From: an uncultured Gammaproteobacteria bacterium
Lineage (GTDB): Bacteria; Patescibacteriota; Microgenomatia; UBA8517
Direction: 5' to 3'
Assembly (NCBI GenBank): GCA_964463425.1
Contig: CAYXBV010000001.1
Location: 55,547-119,546, forward strand
Length of the DNA: 64,000 nt
The translations under genes were made by a program, and so were the position numbers. Each line of letters begins with the position of its first letter. Position 1 is the first letter of the stretch. Shown here piece by piece: positions 11,576-21,346 of the stretch. Below the pieces are notes generated by a model. That model worked only from the letters and a program-made list of their open reading frames with translations, was not told the DNA's origin and did no database searches.

Positions 11576-12328
11576 GTGTTGTATACTTTCATTATGGCTT
11601 GGACAAACAGGTGGATATACGACCCAAAAAGAAATTTCCCTTTTAAATTAAGTCGCAGTAAAATTGATTTATTTCTGAAATGTCCAAGATGCTTCTATCA
11701 AACAGTGCGCTTGGGAATTAAAAGGCCAAGTATGCCTGGTTTTTCTCTAAACCTTGCTGTCGACGAATTATTAAAAAAAGAATTTGACTTGCTTCGCAAA
11801 AAGGGCCAATCCCATGAGTTAATGAAAAAATATAAAATCGATGCCGTCCCATTCGATCATCCAGAAATTGACACATGGCGCAATAATTTTGAGGGAAAAC
11901 AATATCTTCACGAAGGAACTAATTTATTAATTTTCGGTGCCATCGATGACTTGTGGATTAACAAAAAGGAAGAGCTAATTGTTGTCGACTACAAAGCGAC
12001 CAGTACAACACAAGAAATTTCTTTAGATGACAAATGGAAAAAAAGTTACAAAAAGCAATTAGAGATATATCAATGGATATATGAGAAAAGTGGATTTAAA
12101 GTTGCAAAAACAGGCTATATTGTTTATGCCAACGCTAGCAAGAATAGAGAGAAATTCGACGGTAAACTAGAATTCGAAATGACCATTCATCCACACAAAG
12201 GTGATACAACTTGGATTGAGCCCATATTATTCGAAATAAAGAAAACATTAGACTCCGATAAAATTCCAACCGCTGGCCCTGAATGCGAATACTGTCCGTA
12301 CTGCGTAAAAACTTCCAAAATAAAATAA
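11576..12328 (+). CDS. PD-(D/E)xK nuclease, Cas4/RecB-like, with a four-Cys cluster; standalone (no cas genes)
   Basis: AIDDL...VVDYK (D-EVK-like) nuclease core; Cys at CPRC (N-terminal) and CEYCPYC (C-terminal), as in Cas4/AddB Fe-S nucleases. Confidence 0.6.
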   Translation: MLYTFIMAWTNRWIYDPKRNFPFKLSRSKIDLFLKCPRCFYQTVRLGIKRPSMPGFSLNLAVDELLKKEFDLLRKKGQSHELMKKYKIDAVPFDHPEIDTWRNNFEGKQYLHEGTNLLIFGAIDDLWINKKEELIVVDYKATSTTQEISLDDKWKKSYKKQLEIYQWIYEKSGFKVAKTGYIVYANASKNREKFDGKLEFEMTIHPHKGDTTWIEPILFEIKKTLDSDKIPTAGPECEYCPYCVKTSKIK

Positions 12329-12578
12329 GCCTCTTTGACAAATATCGTAAATAGTATTTAATGTACTCTGTGATAGAAAGAATACCTCTCATAAATAATA
12401 GACAAAGGAATAACGGCACTAAACCTGCCATTCCGGAAAGAAAACCAGAAAAGGCTAAAAAACATATTAAAAGAAGTGGTAAAAGAAAAAAAGAAACTCC
12501 TAATCATCATACTTGAATCAAAATACGCTTTCTTCAGTAGAACAAGTAACATAAATAGACTAGAATAATTAATAGATC

Positions 12579-12929
12579 ATGAGCGAAAAAATAGTCGGTT
12601 ACATTCTTCTTTTTTCGGGTATTGCCATTCTCCTGTTGTCAGCATTCAGTGTTTACGGTGTTTTTTCAAAGAATATTGAACCGATTCAATTCTTTACTAT
12701 TGGTGATGCCCCAATTGAAGTTCCCGTGGTAGGTCAGGGCGCCAATGGGGGAGGGATAGACATTCCTACAACAACAATTTCCGCTCCTCTAAATTCTTTC
12801 GCTCACCTAGTTCTAATGATGTTTATTGGAAGCATTGGCTTTAAAATTTCATCTCTAGGAACCATGCTTGTAAGACCAGTTATTGTTAAGCTTAAAAGCA
12901 AAGAATCTCCAGATAAATCCACTAAATAA
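12579..12929 (+). CDS. Hypothetical small membrane protein
   Basis: Two predicted TM segments; no known motif. Confidence 0.4.
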   Translation: MSEKIVGYILLFSGIAILLLSAFSVYGVFSKNIEPIQFFTIGDAPIEVPVVGQGANGGGIDIPTTTISAPLNSFAHLVLMMFIGSIGFKISSLGTMLVRPVIVKLKSKESPDKSTK

Positions 12930-12980
12930 AAATATAGAAAAAAAATAATATACAAAAATGCGATGTATTTTTCTGTCTGC

Positions 12981-13721
12981 TTATCGAAGTTCAAAAGTTA
13001 CCGTCACGGTTTTATAAACCGTTTCTGTACCGGGTTCAATTGGAGTGTCACCACCAGCCTCTGGAAGACCTCCGAATATGCCACTTGTTTGTTGTGCCCC
13101 CTCGCTCACAGTAACTATTTTTCCTAATTTTCTGTCACTAGACACTGCAATCTTTTCAGCTTTCTCGCGAGCATTATTTATTGCTTCTTCAAGGAGAACC
13201 ACTTCTAAATCCTGTGTGTCATCTAATGAAAAATTAGGTCCATAAACATTTGTTGCCTCACTTTCGTTTAGTAAATCAGCAAAGGCTGATGCTCTGTTTA
13301 CATCTCGAAGAGTAATTTCAATAGTATTGTTTGCGCGCCACTGTCCCAACAGTGCTTTTCTTGCTTCTTTTTCAATGAACGATTCTTGAGTTTGATATAC
13401 ACTAAGGTTTCTCGTTTGAATATCTTCCTCTGCTACCCCAAATGTCTTTACGATTTCGGCAATGTCTGTCATTGCTTGATTTACTTCACTAACTGCTATT
13501 TCCTTGTCGTCATTTATGACTGTTACCCCCGCCGTAAAGGTTGCTATCTGGCTTTTTTCTTCCAACGTAGCCTCCCCAGACACAGTTATAGTTGAAGCGG
13601 GCAATATTTCTATTTTGCCCCAATTAACATATTTCCAAGGAATGACAAAAACTCCTATTAATATGGTTGCTAATAATAGTACTGAGGTCGTGATCCTTTT
13701 CTTAAGTTTCTTTATACCCAT
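12981..13721 (-). CDS. SIMPL domain-containing protein (DUF541, periplasmic/immunogenic protein family)
   Basis: N-terminal TM followed by SIMPL-like sequence over its length. Confidence 0.75.
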   Translation of the reverse strand: MGIKKLKKRITTSVLLLATILIGVFVIPWKYVNWGKIEILPASTITVSGEATLEEKSQIATFTAGVTVINDDKEIAVSEVNQAMTDIAEIVKTFGVAEEDIQTRNLSVYQTQESFIEKEARKALLGQWRANNTIEITLRDVNRASAFADLLNESEATNVYGPNFSLDDTQDLEVVLLEEAINNAREKAEKIAVSSDRKLGKIVTVSEGAQQTSGIFGGLPEAGGDTPIEPGTETVYKTVTVTFELR

Positions 13722-13861
13722 GTATCTCAGATTATCTTACAATAAAATGGCTGTCAATGCCTGCGTTTCACCAAGTATTCCTATTGCTCAACAGCCTCAG
13801 AAAGGGTAAAATGGAGCAGGCTAAACGCCTATCTTTTTTTGTTTGTTGAAGCTAAAAAATT

Positions 13862-16465
13862 ATGGAAATTGGAAAAGTAAAATCAGTAGAAATAACCGCC
13901 GAAATGTCAAAGAGCTACGTTGATTATGCAATGAGCGTCATCGTGTCTCGAGCACTTCCTGATATCAGAGATGGATTAAAACCTGTTCACAGAAGAATTC
14001 TCTATGCCATGCATTTGATGAATCTTGACCCAACTAAGTCTTTTACTAAATCTGCAAAAGTTGTCGGAGAAGTTTTGGGAAAATACCATCCTCACGGCGA
14101 CATGGCCGTTTATGACTCGCTTGTTCGTTTAGCTCAAGATTTTTCAATGAGGTACCCGCTAGTTCAGGGACAGGGAAATTTCGGATCCATTGATGGAGAC
14201 TCTGCCGCAGCCATGCGTTACACAGAGGTAAGAATGGCAAAAATATCGCCTACTATTCTGAGTGATATCGAGAAAAATACAGTTGATTTTCTTGATAATT
14301 TCGATGCAACATTAAAAGAACCAGTATATTTACCAGCCCTTCTTCCCAACATGTTGTTAATGGGATCTGAAGGAATAGCTGTCGGAATGGCCACTAAAAT
14401 ACCACCCCATAACTTAAAGGAAGTAATTGATGCCGTACTGGCCACTATCAAAAAAGGGAAAATTATTTCGGAAAAAAAGGCGCAAAAAGAAGAAGCTGAG
14501 TTTTTTATTAAGAAAATTAACCTAAAGGCTTCAGGGCAAGACAAGGATGGAGATATTCTTAGCCCCTCTGAGGTCAATTTTGAAAGCGATATTTCAATCG
14601 ATGAGTTAATGGACATTATTCCTGGTCCAGATTTCCCAACAGGCGGCACAATTTATGATGCCGCTTCTCTAAATGAAGTATATGCAACTGGTCGTGGAAA
14701 AATAATCGTTAGGGGAGTGGCCGAAATCAAAGAGGGTCCGAGAAATCGACAGCAAATAGTTATTTCTGAACTTCCATATCAAGTAAACAAAGCCAAACTA
14801 GTTATTAAAATTGCCGAATTAGTACGCGAGAAAAGAATAAAAGGTATTGCTGACTTGAGAGACGAATCAGATAAGGATGGACTATCTGTTGTTGTCGAAC
14901 TTAAAAGAGATGCTAGACCTAAAGCCGTTCTTAACAATCTATATAAGCACACGCGGCTTCAAACCACTTTTCCCGCCAATTTCGTTGCCTTGATCGATGG
15001 AGCTCCTTTCACTGTAAACCTAAAACAAATTCTAACCGAATATGTTAAACACCGACAAAATGTTATTACCAGAAGAACCATTTTTGACTTAACTGCTGCT
15101 AAGAGACGTGCCCATATCTTAGAGGGATTAAAAATAGCCCTTGATAACTTAGACGCAGTCATTAAAACGATTCGAGCAAGCCGCACGCAAGAAGATGCAA
15201 AAAAGAACTTAATTAAAAAGTTCGGATTAACCGACATCCAATCTACGGCTATTTTAGACATGCAACTCAGGCGATTGGCCGCCCTAGAGCGAGATAAGAT
15301 TGAAAAGGAATACAACGAAATTAAGAAACTAATAGACAAACTAACAGCCATTCTTAGAAATCCTCAAAAAGTGCTTACAATAATAACCAAAGAACTCACA
15401 GAACTTAGAGAAAAATTTGGAGACGCAAGAAGAACTAAGATTTATAAACAAAAACTAGGAGAATTTTCCGACGAAGATTTAGTTCCAAACAAGGAAACTC
15501 TTATTACTGTTACCAAAACTGGATACGTAAAAAGAGTTCCTAGGGGAACATACAGGTCACAAAGACGCGGAGGAAAGGGTGTTGTAGGAATGACAACAAA
15601 AGAAGCTGACGAAATCGAACACATCCTATCGGCGATGACGCATGACACAGTATTATTCTTTACAAATAAAGGAAAAGTATACGGGATAAGAGCCTGGGAA
15701 ATTCCAGAGACAACCAGACAGGCTAAGGGACAAGCAATTGTTAATCTTATTGATATTGATCAAAACGAAGTCGTTATGTCGGTTTTGGCGGCCAGCAACG
15801 ATGATCTGCGCAAGCACTATATTATGACCACCTCGATGGGTGTTGTTAAAAAAACAAAGGTATCTCAATTTAAAAATCTAAGAGCCTCTGGTCTAATCGC
15901 TATTCGCTTAGCTGCAAAAGATTCTCTTGTCTGTGTTCAAGAAACACAAGGGAATGAGCACATTCTTCTTTTGTCTAAAAATGGTAAGTCTATTCGATTC
16001 CCTGAAACAAATGTCCGATCTATGGGAAGAGCCACAACCGGTGTTCGTGGTATTAAACTAGAAACAACTGATGAAGTTATTGGAATGGAAGTATTCGCAG
16101 AAAAAACCACCAAACCAAAAGACAAAAGACGAAAGATGTTTAGAGACATCCTTACCATTTCGGAAAATGGACTTGGTAAAAGAACAGGCATTCATCTTTT
16201 CCCAGTTCAAAGAAGGGCAGGGAAGGGTGTTAAAGCAGCCGTCGTTAACAGCAAAACAGGTCCTCTCACCGCCATCGCTCTAGTTAATGAAAAAATGGAG
16301 CAATTGATTATCACTAGTAAAAATGGGCAAATCATTAAACTGCCTCTCAAAAACATTCCCCAGATGGGAAGAGCTACTCAAGGAGTTATCTTAATGCGCT
16401 TTGCAAAGAAAAATGACGCTGTTGCCGCCATGGCCTGCTTGGAAAAAAACCTAGCCAAAAAATAA
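13862..16465 (+). CDS. gyrA: DNA gyrase subunit A
   Basis: Active-site region AAMRYTE; QRDR-like segment; C-terminal beta-pinwheel repeats; 867 aa. Confidence 0.95.
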   Translation: MEIGKVKSVEITAEMSKSYVDYAMSVIVSRALPDIRDGLKPVHRRILYAMHLMNLDPTKSFTKSAKVVGEVLGKYHPHGDMAVYDSLVRLAQDFSMRYPLVQGQGNFGSIDGDSAAAMRYTEVRMAKISPTILSDIEKNTVDFLDNFDATLKEPVYLPALLPNMLLMGSEGIAVGMATKIPPHNLKEVIDAVLATIKKGKIISEKKAQKEEAEFFIKKINLKASGQDKDGDILSPSEVNFESDISIDELMDIIPGPDFPTGGTIYDAASLNEVYATGRGKIIVRGVAEIKEGPRNRQQIVISELPYQVNKAKLVIKIAELVREKRIKGIADLRDESDKDGLSVVVELKRDARPKAVLNNLYKHTRLQTTFPANFVALIDGAPFTVNLKQILTEYVKHRQNVITRRTIFDLTAAKRRAHILEGLKIALDNLDAVIKTIRASRTQEDAKKNLIKKFGLTDIQSTAILDMQLRRLAALERDKIEKEYNEIKKLIDKLTAILRNPQKVLTIITKELTELREKFGDARRTKIYKQKLGEFSDEDLVPNKETLITVTKTGYVKRVPRGTYRSQRRGGKGVVGMTTKEADEIEHILSAMTHDTVLFFTNKGKVYGIRAWEIPETTRQAKGQAIVNLIDIDQNEVVMSVLAASNDDLRKHYIMTTSMGVVKKTKVSQFKNLRASGLIAIRLAAKDSLVCVQETQGNEHILLLSKNGKSIRFPETNVRSMGRATTGVRGIKLETTDEVIGMEVFAEKTTKPKDKRRKMFRDILTISENGLGKRTGIHLFPVQRRAGKGVKAAVVNSKTGPLTAIALVNEKMEQLIITSKNGQIIKLPLKNIPQMGRATQGVILMRFAKKNDAVAAMACLEKNLAKK

Positions 16466-16493
16466 ATATCTCCATTGTTAAATAACCTATATT

Positions 16494-16522
16494 TTGTATT
16501 TCATTAATTTGCATTGTATAAT
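16494..16522 (+). promoter_or_regulatory. Sigma70-like promoter (-35 TTGTAT 16494-16499, 17-nt spacer, -10 TATAAT 16517-16522) upstream of the M50 protease gene; RBS AAGGAGGG before the ATG at 16627
   Basis: Seen in sequence. Confidence 0.4.
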
Positions 16523-16626
16523 GCTACTAATCTGTCCGTATATTCGGGCATTTTTTATTTGTAAGCTCATTAACAAATTTCGTCAAAACCTATTCCAACT
16601 GAAGGCCCTAAAGGAGGGTAACAAAC

Positions 16627-17322
16627 ATGTCTATCTTCGTTGTAATCCTGCAACTCGTTTTAGTGTTGGTCATTCATGAGTGGGGACATGCCTTTGCCGC
16701 CTCACTTCTTGGCTTTTCTTTTGACACTATTTTTATTGGTCTCCCTATCCAGCCTAAAAAAACCTTTTACTTTAGAGGTAAAGAGATAATTGTTTCTCCT
16801 TGGCTTGTGGGGGGCGGAGTGAATATTAAGGAAGAAGACATCCTTAAGTCCACGTTTCTCAAAAAAACAATCGTTTATAGCGCTGGACCACTTGCAAACA
16901 TCGCCGCCGGCTTAATAGTTTCTTATCTGACTTTTGGAAAAGCTGGTCTAATGGTGGCTTGGATGTATATTAAAGCATCCTTTTTTGCTGTTACCATGCT
17001 ATTGACTGGCCACATAGGGATTGAGCAAGTTTCGAGTCCGATTGGTGTTGTTGCCATCACTCATGAAATAGTCGACGTAGAATTTGTGTTTGGTACCATT
17101 TTTGTTTGGCTACTTTTAAACTTCAGCGTGGCCATAATAAACCTTGCACCAGTTCCGGCACTTGATGGTGGACACATATGGATTGGAGCCATCTGCTCTT
17201 TGTTTAAAAATAAGCCAGGAATTATTAAGGCAGCTAAAATACTTAATTACACCTTCCTCGTGCTTATTCTTCTATTAATGGTGTTTCTACTCGCAAGAGA
17301 CATCATTCAACTAATATTCTAA
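16627..17322 (+). CDS. M50 family (site-2 protease-like) membrane metalloprotease, short form without PDZ
   Basis: HEWGH (HExxH) in TM1; LAPVPALDGGH motif. Confidence 0.7.
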   Translation: MSIFVVILQLVLVLVIHEWGHAFAASLLGFSFDTIFIGLPIQPKKTFYFRGKEIIVSPWLVGGGVNIKEEDILKSTFLKKTIVYSAGPLANIAAGLIVSYLTFGKAGLMVAWMYIKASFFAVTMLLTGHIGIEQVSSPIGVVAITHEIVDVEFVFGTIFVWLLLNFSVAIINLAPVPALDGGHIWIGAICSLFKNKPGIIKAAKILNYTFLVLILLLMVFLLARDIIQLIF

Positions 17323-17362
17323 TTGGTTTTGACCGAAACTATTCTGTATACAAAACAGAGAC

Positions 17363-17410
17363 CGAGGGTACGCGTTTAGAGAGAAATCTCTATTCAAACG
17401 ACCCTCTTGT
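17363..17410. terminator. Bidirectional intrinsic terminator between convergent genes: GAGGGT...ACCCTC outer stem enclosing a perfect TAGAGA-GAAA-TCTCTA hairpin, followed by TTTTTTGG
   Basis: Seen in sequence; GNRA tetraloop hairpin and T-run on the + strand. Confidence 0.45.
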
Positions 17411-17418
17411 TTTTTGGT

Positions 17419-18438
17419 TTAATCTCCACCCTTGCCGTGAAAAGCCGAATGAATATCTCGAAGGTGCTTGTGGGTTACATGGGTATATATCTGAGTCGTT
17501 GAGACATTCTTGTGTCCCAACATTTCTTGAACACTTCTTAAATCTGCGCCAGCCATCAACAGGTCTGTAGCAAAACTATGCCTCATAACGTGCGGGGTAA
17601 CATCTATTGGAAATTTCATTTTTCTTGAGTACTTTTTAAGCATTCTTTGCACGGAGCGAGGAGATAGTCTCATTTCCTCACTTGAGATTGATGGATCAAT
17701 TTTTCCTTTGTGGCGAATAAACAAAGGCGAGTATCTGTCTTTTCTTGACTTTACATACTTATCTATCCACTCCACCGCCCTTGCCGACAAAAAGACAACT
17801 CTTGTTTTTCCTCCTTTTCCAAGTATTCCAAACTCTCTTCTTTTAAAATCAATTTTATCTCTATCCATTTTTACCAACTCTGAAACCCTTAAACCCGTCG
17901 AGAAAAGAACTTCTAATATTGCCTTGTCTCTTTTGCCTTGGATGGTTGAAAGAGATGGGGCGTTAAGAAGTCTGTCTACTTGTTCTCCTGACAAAAATTT
18001 AATCTGTCTTTCGTCTGTTTTTGGTAACTCAATTTTGTCTGGAGACATAACTTCAATATCATTTCTAATTAGCCATTTTAAAAATGATCTCAAAGCAATA
18101 GCATGGAAACCTTGTGTTTTTCTCGAGAGAGTGCCTCCTTTGTTTGTTTCTATTCTTGAAAGATACACTCTGTATTGCCGTACTACTTCGGAATTTATAT
18201 CTTGAGGAGTTTGTCTAATTCCTGATTTTTTCATCCAAGAACAAAAACGATTAAGGTAATGTTTGTAGTTTCGAATGGTTAGAGGAGAGGACCCTTTTTC
18301 AATTTCTAAATATTCCAAGAAATTGTTGCAATATTTTTCTAATGGCGATATTTTTTTTGACGATTGAGCAGTCGGCATTTTTTGAAAATTAATTAATGTT
18401 AAGTAGGGAAGACCCTGTATAAAAATTAACATAGCCAC
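17419..18438 (-). CDS. Tyrosine site-specific recombinase, XerC/XerD-like (likely true start at Met21, coordinate 18378)
   Basis: C-terminal catalytic motif HVMRHSFATDLLMAGADLRSVQEMLGHKNVSTTQIYTHV; N-terminal SAM-like domain. Confidence 0.85.
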   Translation of the reverse strand: MAMLIFIQGLPYLTLINFQKMPTAQSSKKISPLEKYCNNFLEYLEIEKGSSPLTIRNYKHYLNRFCSWMKKSGIRQTPQDINSEVVRQYRVYLSRIETNKGGTLSRKTQGFHAIALRSFLKWLIRNDIEVMSPDKIELPKTDERQIKFLSGEQVDRLLNAPSLSTIQGKRDKAILEVLFSTGLRVSELVKMDRDKIDFKRREFGILGKGGKTRVVFLSARAVEWIDKYVKSRKDRYSPLFIRHKGKIDPSISSEEMRLSPRSVQRMLKKYSRKMKFPIDVTPHVMRHSFATDLLMAGADLRSVQEMLGHKNVSTTQIYTHVTHKHLRDIHSAFHGKGGD

Positions 18439-18471
18439 AGAAGGTTGTCAATATTGTGCGACACAGAAGAA

Positions 18472-19155
18472 CTAGTCACGAAAGAGTATTTTTAGAGCCT
18501 CTTCAAGAGTGGGCACCCTATGAATATCGCTCCTAATTCTTAATATTTGGCCCGTATCACAGTCATCACAGGCAGCATCATTATTTAATAGCACAACCAT
18601 TGCGTCTGTGTGCTTAGCAATTCTTTCGGCATGATGAGCAGCATCTTCAAAAAACACTGTAATTCCGTAGCGCTTTATCTGATCAGCTTTAAAAATTTCT
18701 CCCACTGTATCTTCGTCATCTCTAATAATTATTTGGGTTTTGTTAACCCAGGGCATATTTACGCGATACCACTCAATCGTGCTTTCAGTAAAAACTGGAG
18801 GCCTCGAGGTAATTATTTGGAAATACTTTCTTCTCTTGGTAAGATCTCTCGTAAACTCAGTAGCGCCAGGATTCGGCTTTGCCCTCAGTAAAACGTCAGG
18901 TCGGTGATACCAAAGGCTGTTATGTATCTCTTTAGCTTCTTCGTCACTTACTCCCAAATCATCTTTTGCCCACAATGCCAGGTCATAAAATCCTTTTATT
19001 TCATTTACTGAATGATTTGTCCCAAAGTCTTTGTTGTACTCATCAATAACTGGCTGCCTAGATCCGGCCATAACTCCGTCATGATCAAATCCAATGACAT
19101 GTTGTTCAATGAACGCTTCGCGACTTATTGGTCTGTGTGGTCTTTCTTTAAACAT
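18472..19155 (-). CDS. HAD-superfamily 5'(3')-deoxyribonucleotidase-like protein (NT5C family)
   Basis: Motif I FDHDGVMA (cf. DMDGVLAD); PNPGATEF...IITSRP and IIRDDEDTVGE align to NT5C motifs II/III. Confidence 0.5.
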   Translation of the reverse strand: MFKERPHRPISREAFIEQHVIGFDHDGVMAGSRQPVIDEYNKDFGTNHSVNEIKGFYDLALWAKDDLGVSDEEAKEIHNSLWYHRPDVLLRAKPNPGATEFTRDLTKRRKYFQIITSRPPVFTESTIEWYRVNMPWVNKTQIIIRDDEDTVGEIFKADQIKRYGITVFFEDAAHHAERIAKHTDAMVVLLNNDAACDDCDTGQILRIRSDIHRVPTLEEALKILFRD

Positions 19156-19190
19156 GTATGGCTATCTTTTACTCTTGTATTCATTTTTTA

Positions 19191-19730
19191 TTATTTGAAA
19201 ACCCTAAACCAGGTTTCCGTGTGATTGAGAAGTTCCTTCTCGGTATAAAATCCAGCTCTTCTGTTATATGTACACTCTTGACCTACGGTCCATTGTCCTT
19301 TGGCAAACCAGCTTTCTAGTCTGCAAGTATGGTTTCCTTCTTTATTTGGAAATATCGTTGTTACATAACGACAATCCCCAAACCTATTTAATATTCTCTC
19401 TACAATAAAACCTTCTTTTTCGTCATCATCAATAATCTCTCTCTCGATAGACCATTCTTCTGGATCTAGTCTTAACAAATGTTTAAAGTATTTGTCTGAC
19501 TCTTTTACCAAAACATCGTCTGAAATTTCTTTCTCTGAAAAAGTTTTTGCCCATTCGGGTCTTTTGTTTAGAAAATATTTCTTGTGTTCCATTATTGTTA
19601 AAGAAACACTTTGTATTTTGTTTTTTTGGTCTCTCAACCAATCCGCCCACTCAGTATTTATAAAAATACTTCTTCCGTCCAACATATCCAACTGTCGCTT
19701 AAACGGCGAATGACGTCTTCTTTCTGCCAT
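19191..19730 (-). CDS. Hypothetical protein
   Basis: ORF only, 179 aa, no recognisable motif. Confidence 0.45.
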   Translation of the reverse strand: MAERRRHSPFKRQLDMLDGRSIFINTEWADWLRDQKNKIQSVSLTIMEHKKYFLNKRPEWAKTFSEKEISDDVLVKESDKYFKHLLRLDPEEWSIEREIIDDDEKEGFIVERILNRFGDCRYVTTIFPNKEGNHTCRLESWFAKGQWTVGQECTYNRRAGFYTEKELLNHTETWFRVFK

Positions 19731-20548
19731 AAGGAAGCCATTTTATACTTTAGAGTTAGTAAATTCAAACCCAGAGTTTCATTAGATCAATTCTAAGAGG
19801 CCCGTCAGTAAATAAATAGGTAACTCATCATCTACATTGGTTTCGTAAATAAAAATCATAGCAAACAACAAACAAAATGAGATTTTAGGAAACTGGGGGA
19901 GAGGGGCTAAAATCGCTAAATTTACTTTCGGATAATGTTCGGAGAGAGAATATATAGACAAACCTTAAACAGAGGACAATTAATATAATTTATAACATTT
20001 CCATAATCATATAAGGACATAGGGTTGATGAATGAGCCAAAAACACCCGCCCACCCCAGTGAATTAGTATACGTCGCAAAAGTATCATTGTGCGACTATG
20101 TATCAATTGAGCTCCTCCACCATACTGCTGTTACAAATAACCATGTGACATTCTTATAAGAGAAGTCCAACGTTTTCCTTTGCTGCTAGAGATGCATTCT
20201 ATGATGGTTGTCCTCTGGATCTGATCCAACTCATCGTTCTCTGTATCACACTCTCAGTAGGGGTATTTTAGCAATCCAATAGCTTGACTAGTTATCCACA
20301 ACGGGGACGTATTAGGCATGAGGCTCTATCTTTCGTGCTTGGTAACTATATCATACTGCATCGTTTATCCTTCGGTTTATCTTTGGCAGCGTCGTATTTT
20401 GTCAGCGCGTGAAAATTCTGGTTAATTCTTGTGAAAACTCCCCCTTCGTGGCAATGCGTGAAGATAAATTATAGGATATATACTACCCTCCTCCCCTCCT
20501 TGTCGTGTCATTAAAAATCTAACTATTTCCGAATCGAATTTTATTAAA
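19731..20548. other. ORF-free (~0.8 kb) intergenic region with visibly higher GC than flanking genes and G/C-rich tracts (GGGGGAGAGGGG 19894-19905; CCCTCCTCCCCTCC 20487-20500); candidate large structured ncRNA or decayed element
   Basis: No ORF >=60 aa in any frame across ~750 bp; local stems such as GTCGCA...TGCGAC; UUCG-like loops; no rRNA, RNase P or tmRNA signature motifs found. Confidence 0.3.
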
Positions 20549-21346
20549 TTAGCCTCCCCAATGCGTAGCAAAAAACATTCCTATAAATACAAAGGCGCCT
20601 ACAAAGAGGTATTCCCTAACAGTTTGAGCAAAAAGCCTAGCCTCGAGCTTTGCCTGACCCAAGCCTAGAAGCATATAGGCTGCGACTGTTAAGAATAATG
20701 ACCCAACAACAACTGTGACTGGCCAGAAAAATAAGCTTAGAGCAACCTGCCCCACAATAAGGCTGGCGACAAGAGACATCATTATTAAATCTTTTGAAAA
20801 CTTACGCTCAAGCGGTATTGTCCAAAAGCCTTGAAGGAATAAAGGAACAGAAACCAACGAAGATAATAGACTAGTTACCGCAATCGATGCCTTTAGAGAC
20901 AGGATTGTGTCAAAAATAAGGAAAGAGGTCACTAAAGTGAGTACAAATCCAACTCCCCTTGCCGCCCTTAATAAGGCAATCGTTCTTATTGTTGCTACTG
21001 TATAAATATTAGTCGTTAAGCAGAGAGCGTAAATACCTAGGCCATAAAAAATAACGGCGGGAAGCCTCGCGAAAACATTTGTTGGAAGTAGAAACCAAAA
21101 AAGACCGACCCCAATGGTAAACATTGTTGGCAATATCAAGGATAATAATGTTAAATTCTTTCCCAACCCCTCCCTTAAAGACCATGCAAACAACAATAGA
21201 GTCAATAATCCCAGAGCGCCAATCGTTAAAAACCTAAACTGATTTTCAATAAATAAGTTATCCCTAGAAGCACTGATTAATTGAATTGCAATAAATCCCA
21301 AGGAGAGAGTAAATGATGTTATAAAAAATCTTTTTCTTTTACTCAT
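20549..21346 (-). CDS. Polytopic integral membrane protein, function unknown (overlaps yebC by 8 nt, same operon)
   Basis: ~8 predicted TM helices. Confidence 0.55.
   Translation of the reverse strand: MSKRKRFFITSFTLSLGFIAIQLISASRDNLFIENQFRFLTIGALGLLTLLLFAWSLREGLGKNLTLLSLILPTMFTIGVGLFWFLLPTNVFARLPAVIFYGLGIYALCLTTNIYTVATIRTIALLRAARGVGFVLTLVTSFLIFDTILSLKASIAVTSLLSSLVSVPLFLQGFWTIPLERKFSKDLIMMSLVASLIVGQVALSLFFWPVTVVVGSLFLTVAAYMLLGLGQAKLEARLFAQTVREYLFVGAFVFIGMFFATHWGG

Noticed and set aside
12329-12578. 250-nt A-rich gap with two minus-strand ORFs (12135..12431, 12358..12552)
   Set aside because: Their translations are low-complexity and Phe/Ser-rich, and they overlap the 3' end of the Cas4-like gene; they look spurious. 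The region reads as an A-rich unstructured leader/promoter for the downstream membrane ORF.
20292-20300. Perfect DnaA box TTATCCACA plus an AT-rich stretch in the ORF-free region; considered oriC
   Set aside because: Only one perfect box, which is expected by chance about 0.5 times in 64 kb on both strands. No dnaA/dnaN nearby and no box cluster.
19731-20548. Checked the ORF-free region for RNase P RNA, tmRNA, rRNA fragments, group II intron domain V and tRNA T-loop remnants
   Set aside because: None of the hallmark motifs (GGAAAGUCCGG, tmRNA 5'/3' tRNA-like ends, 16S universal sites, GTTCGAATC) are present. Identity left open rather than assigned.
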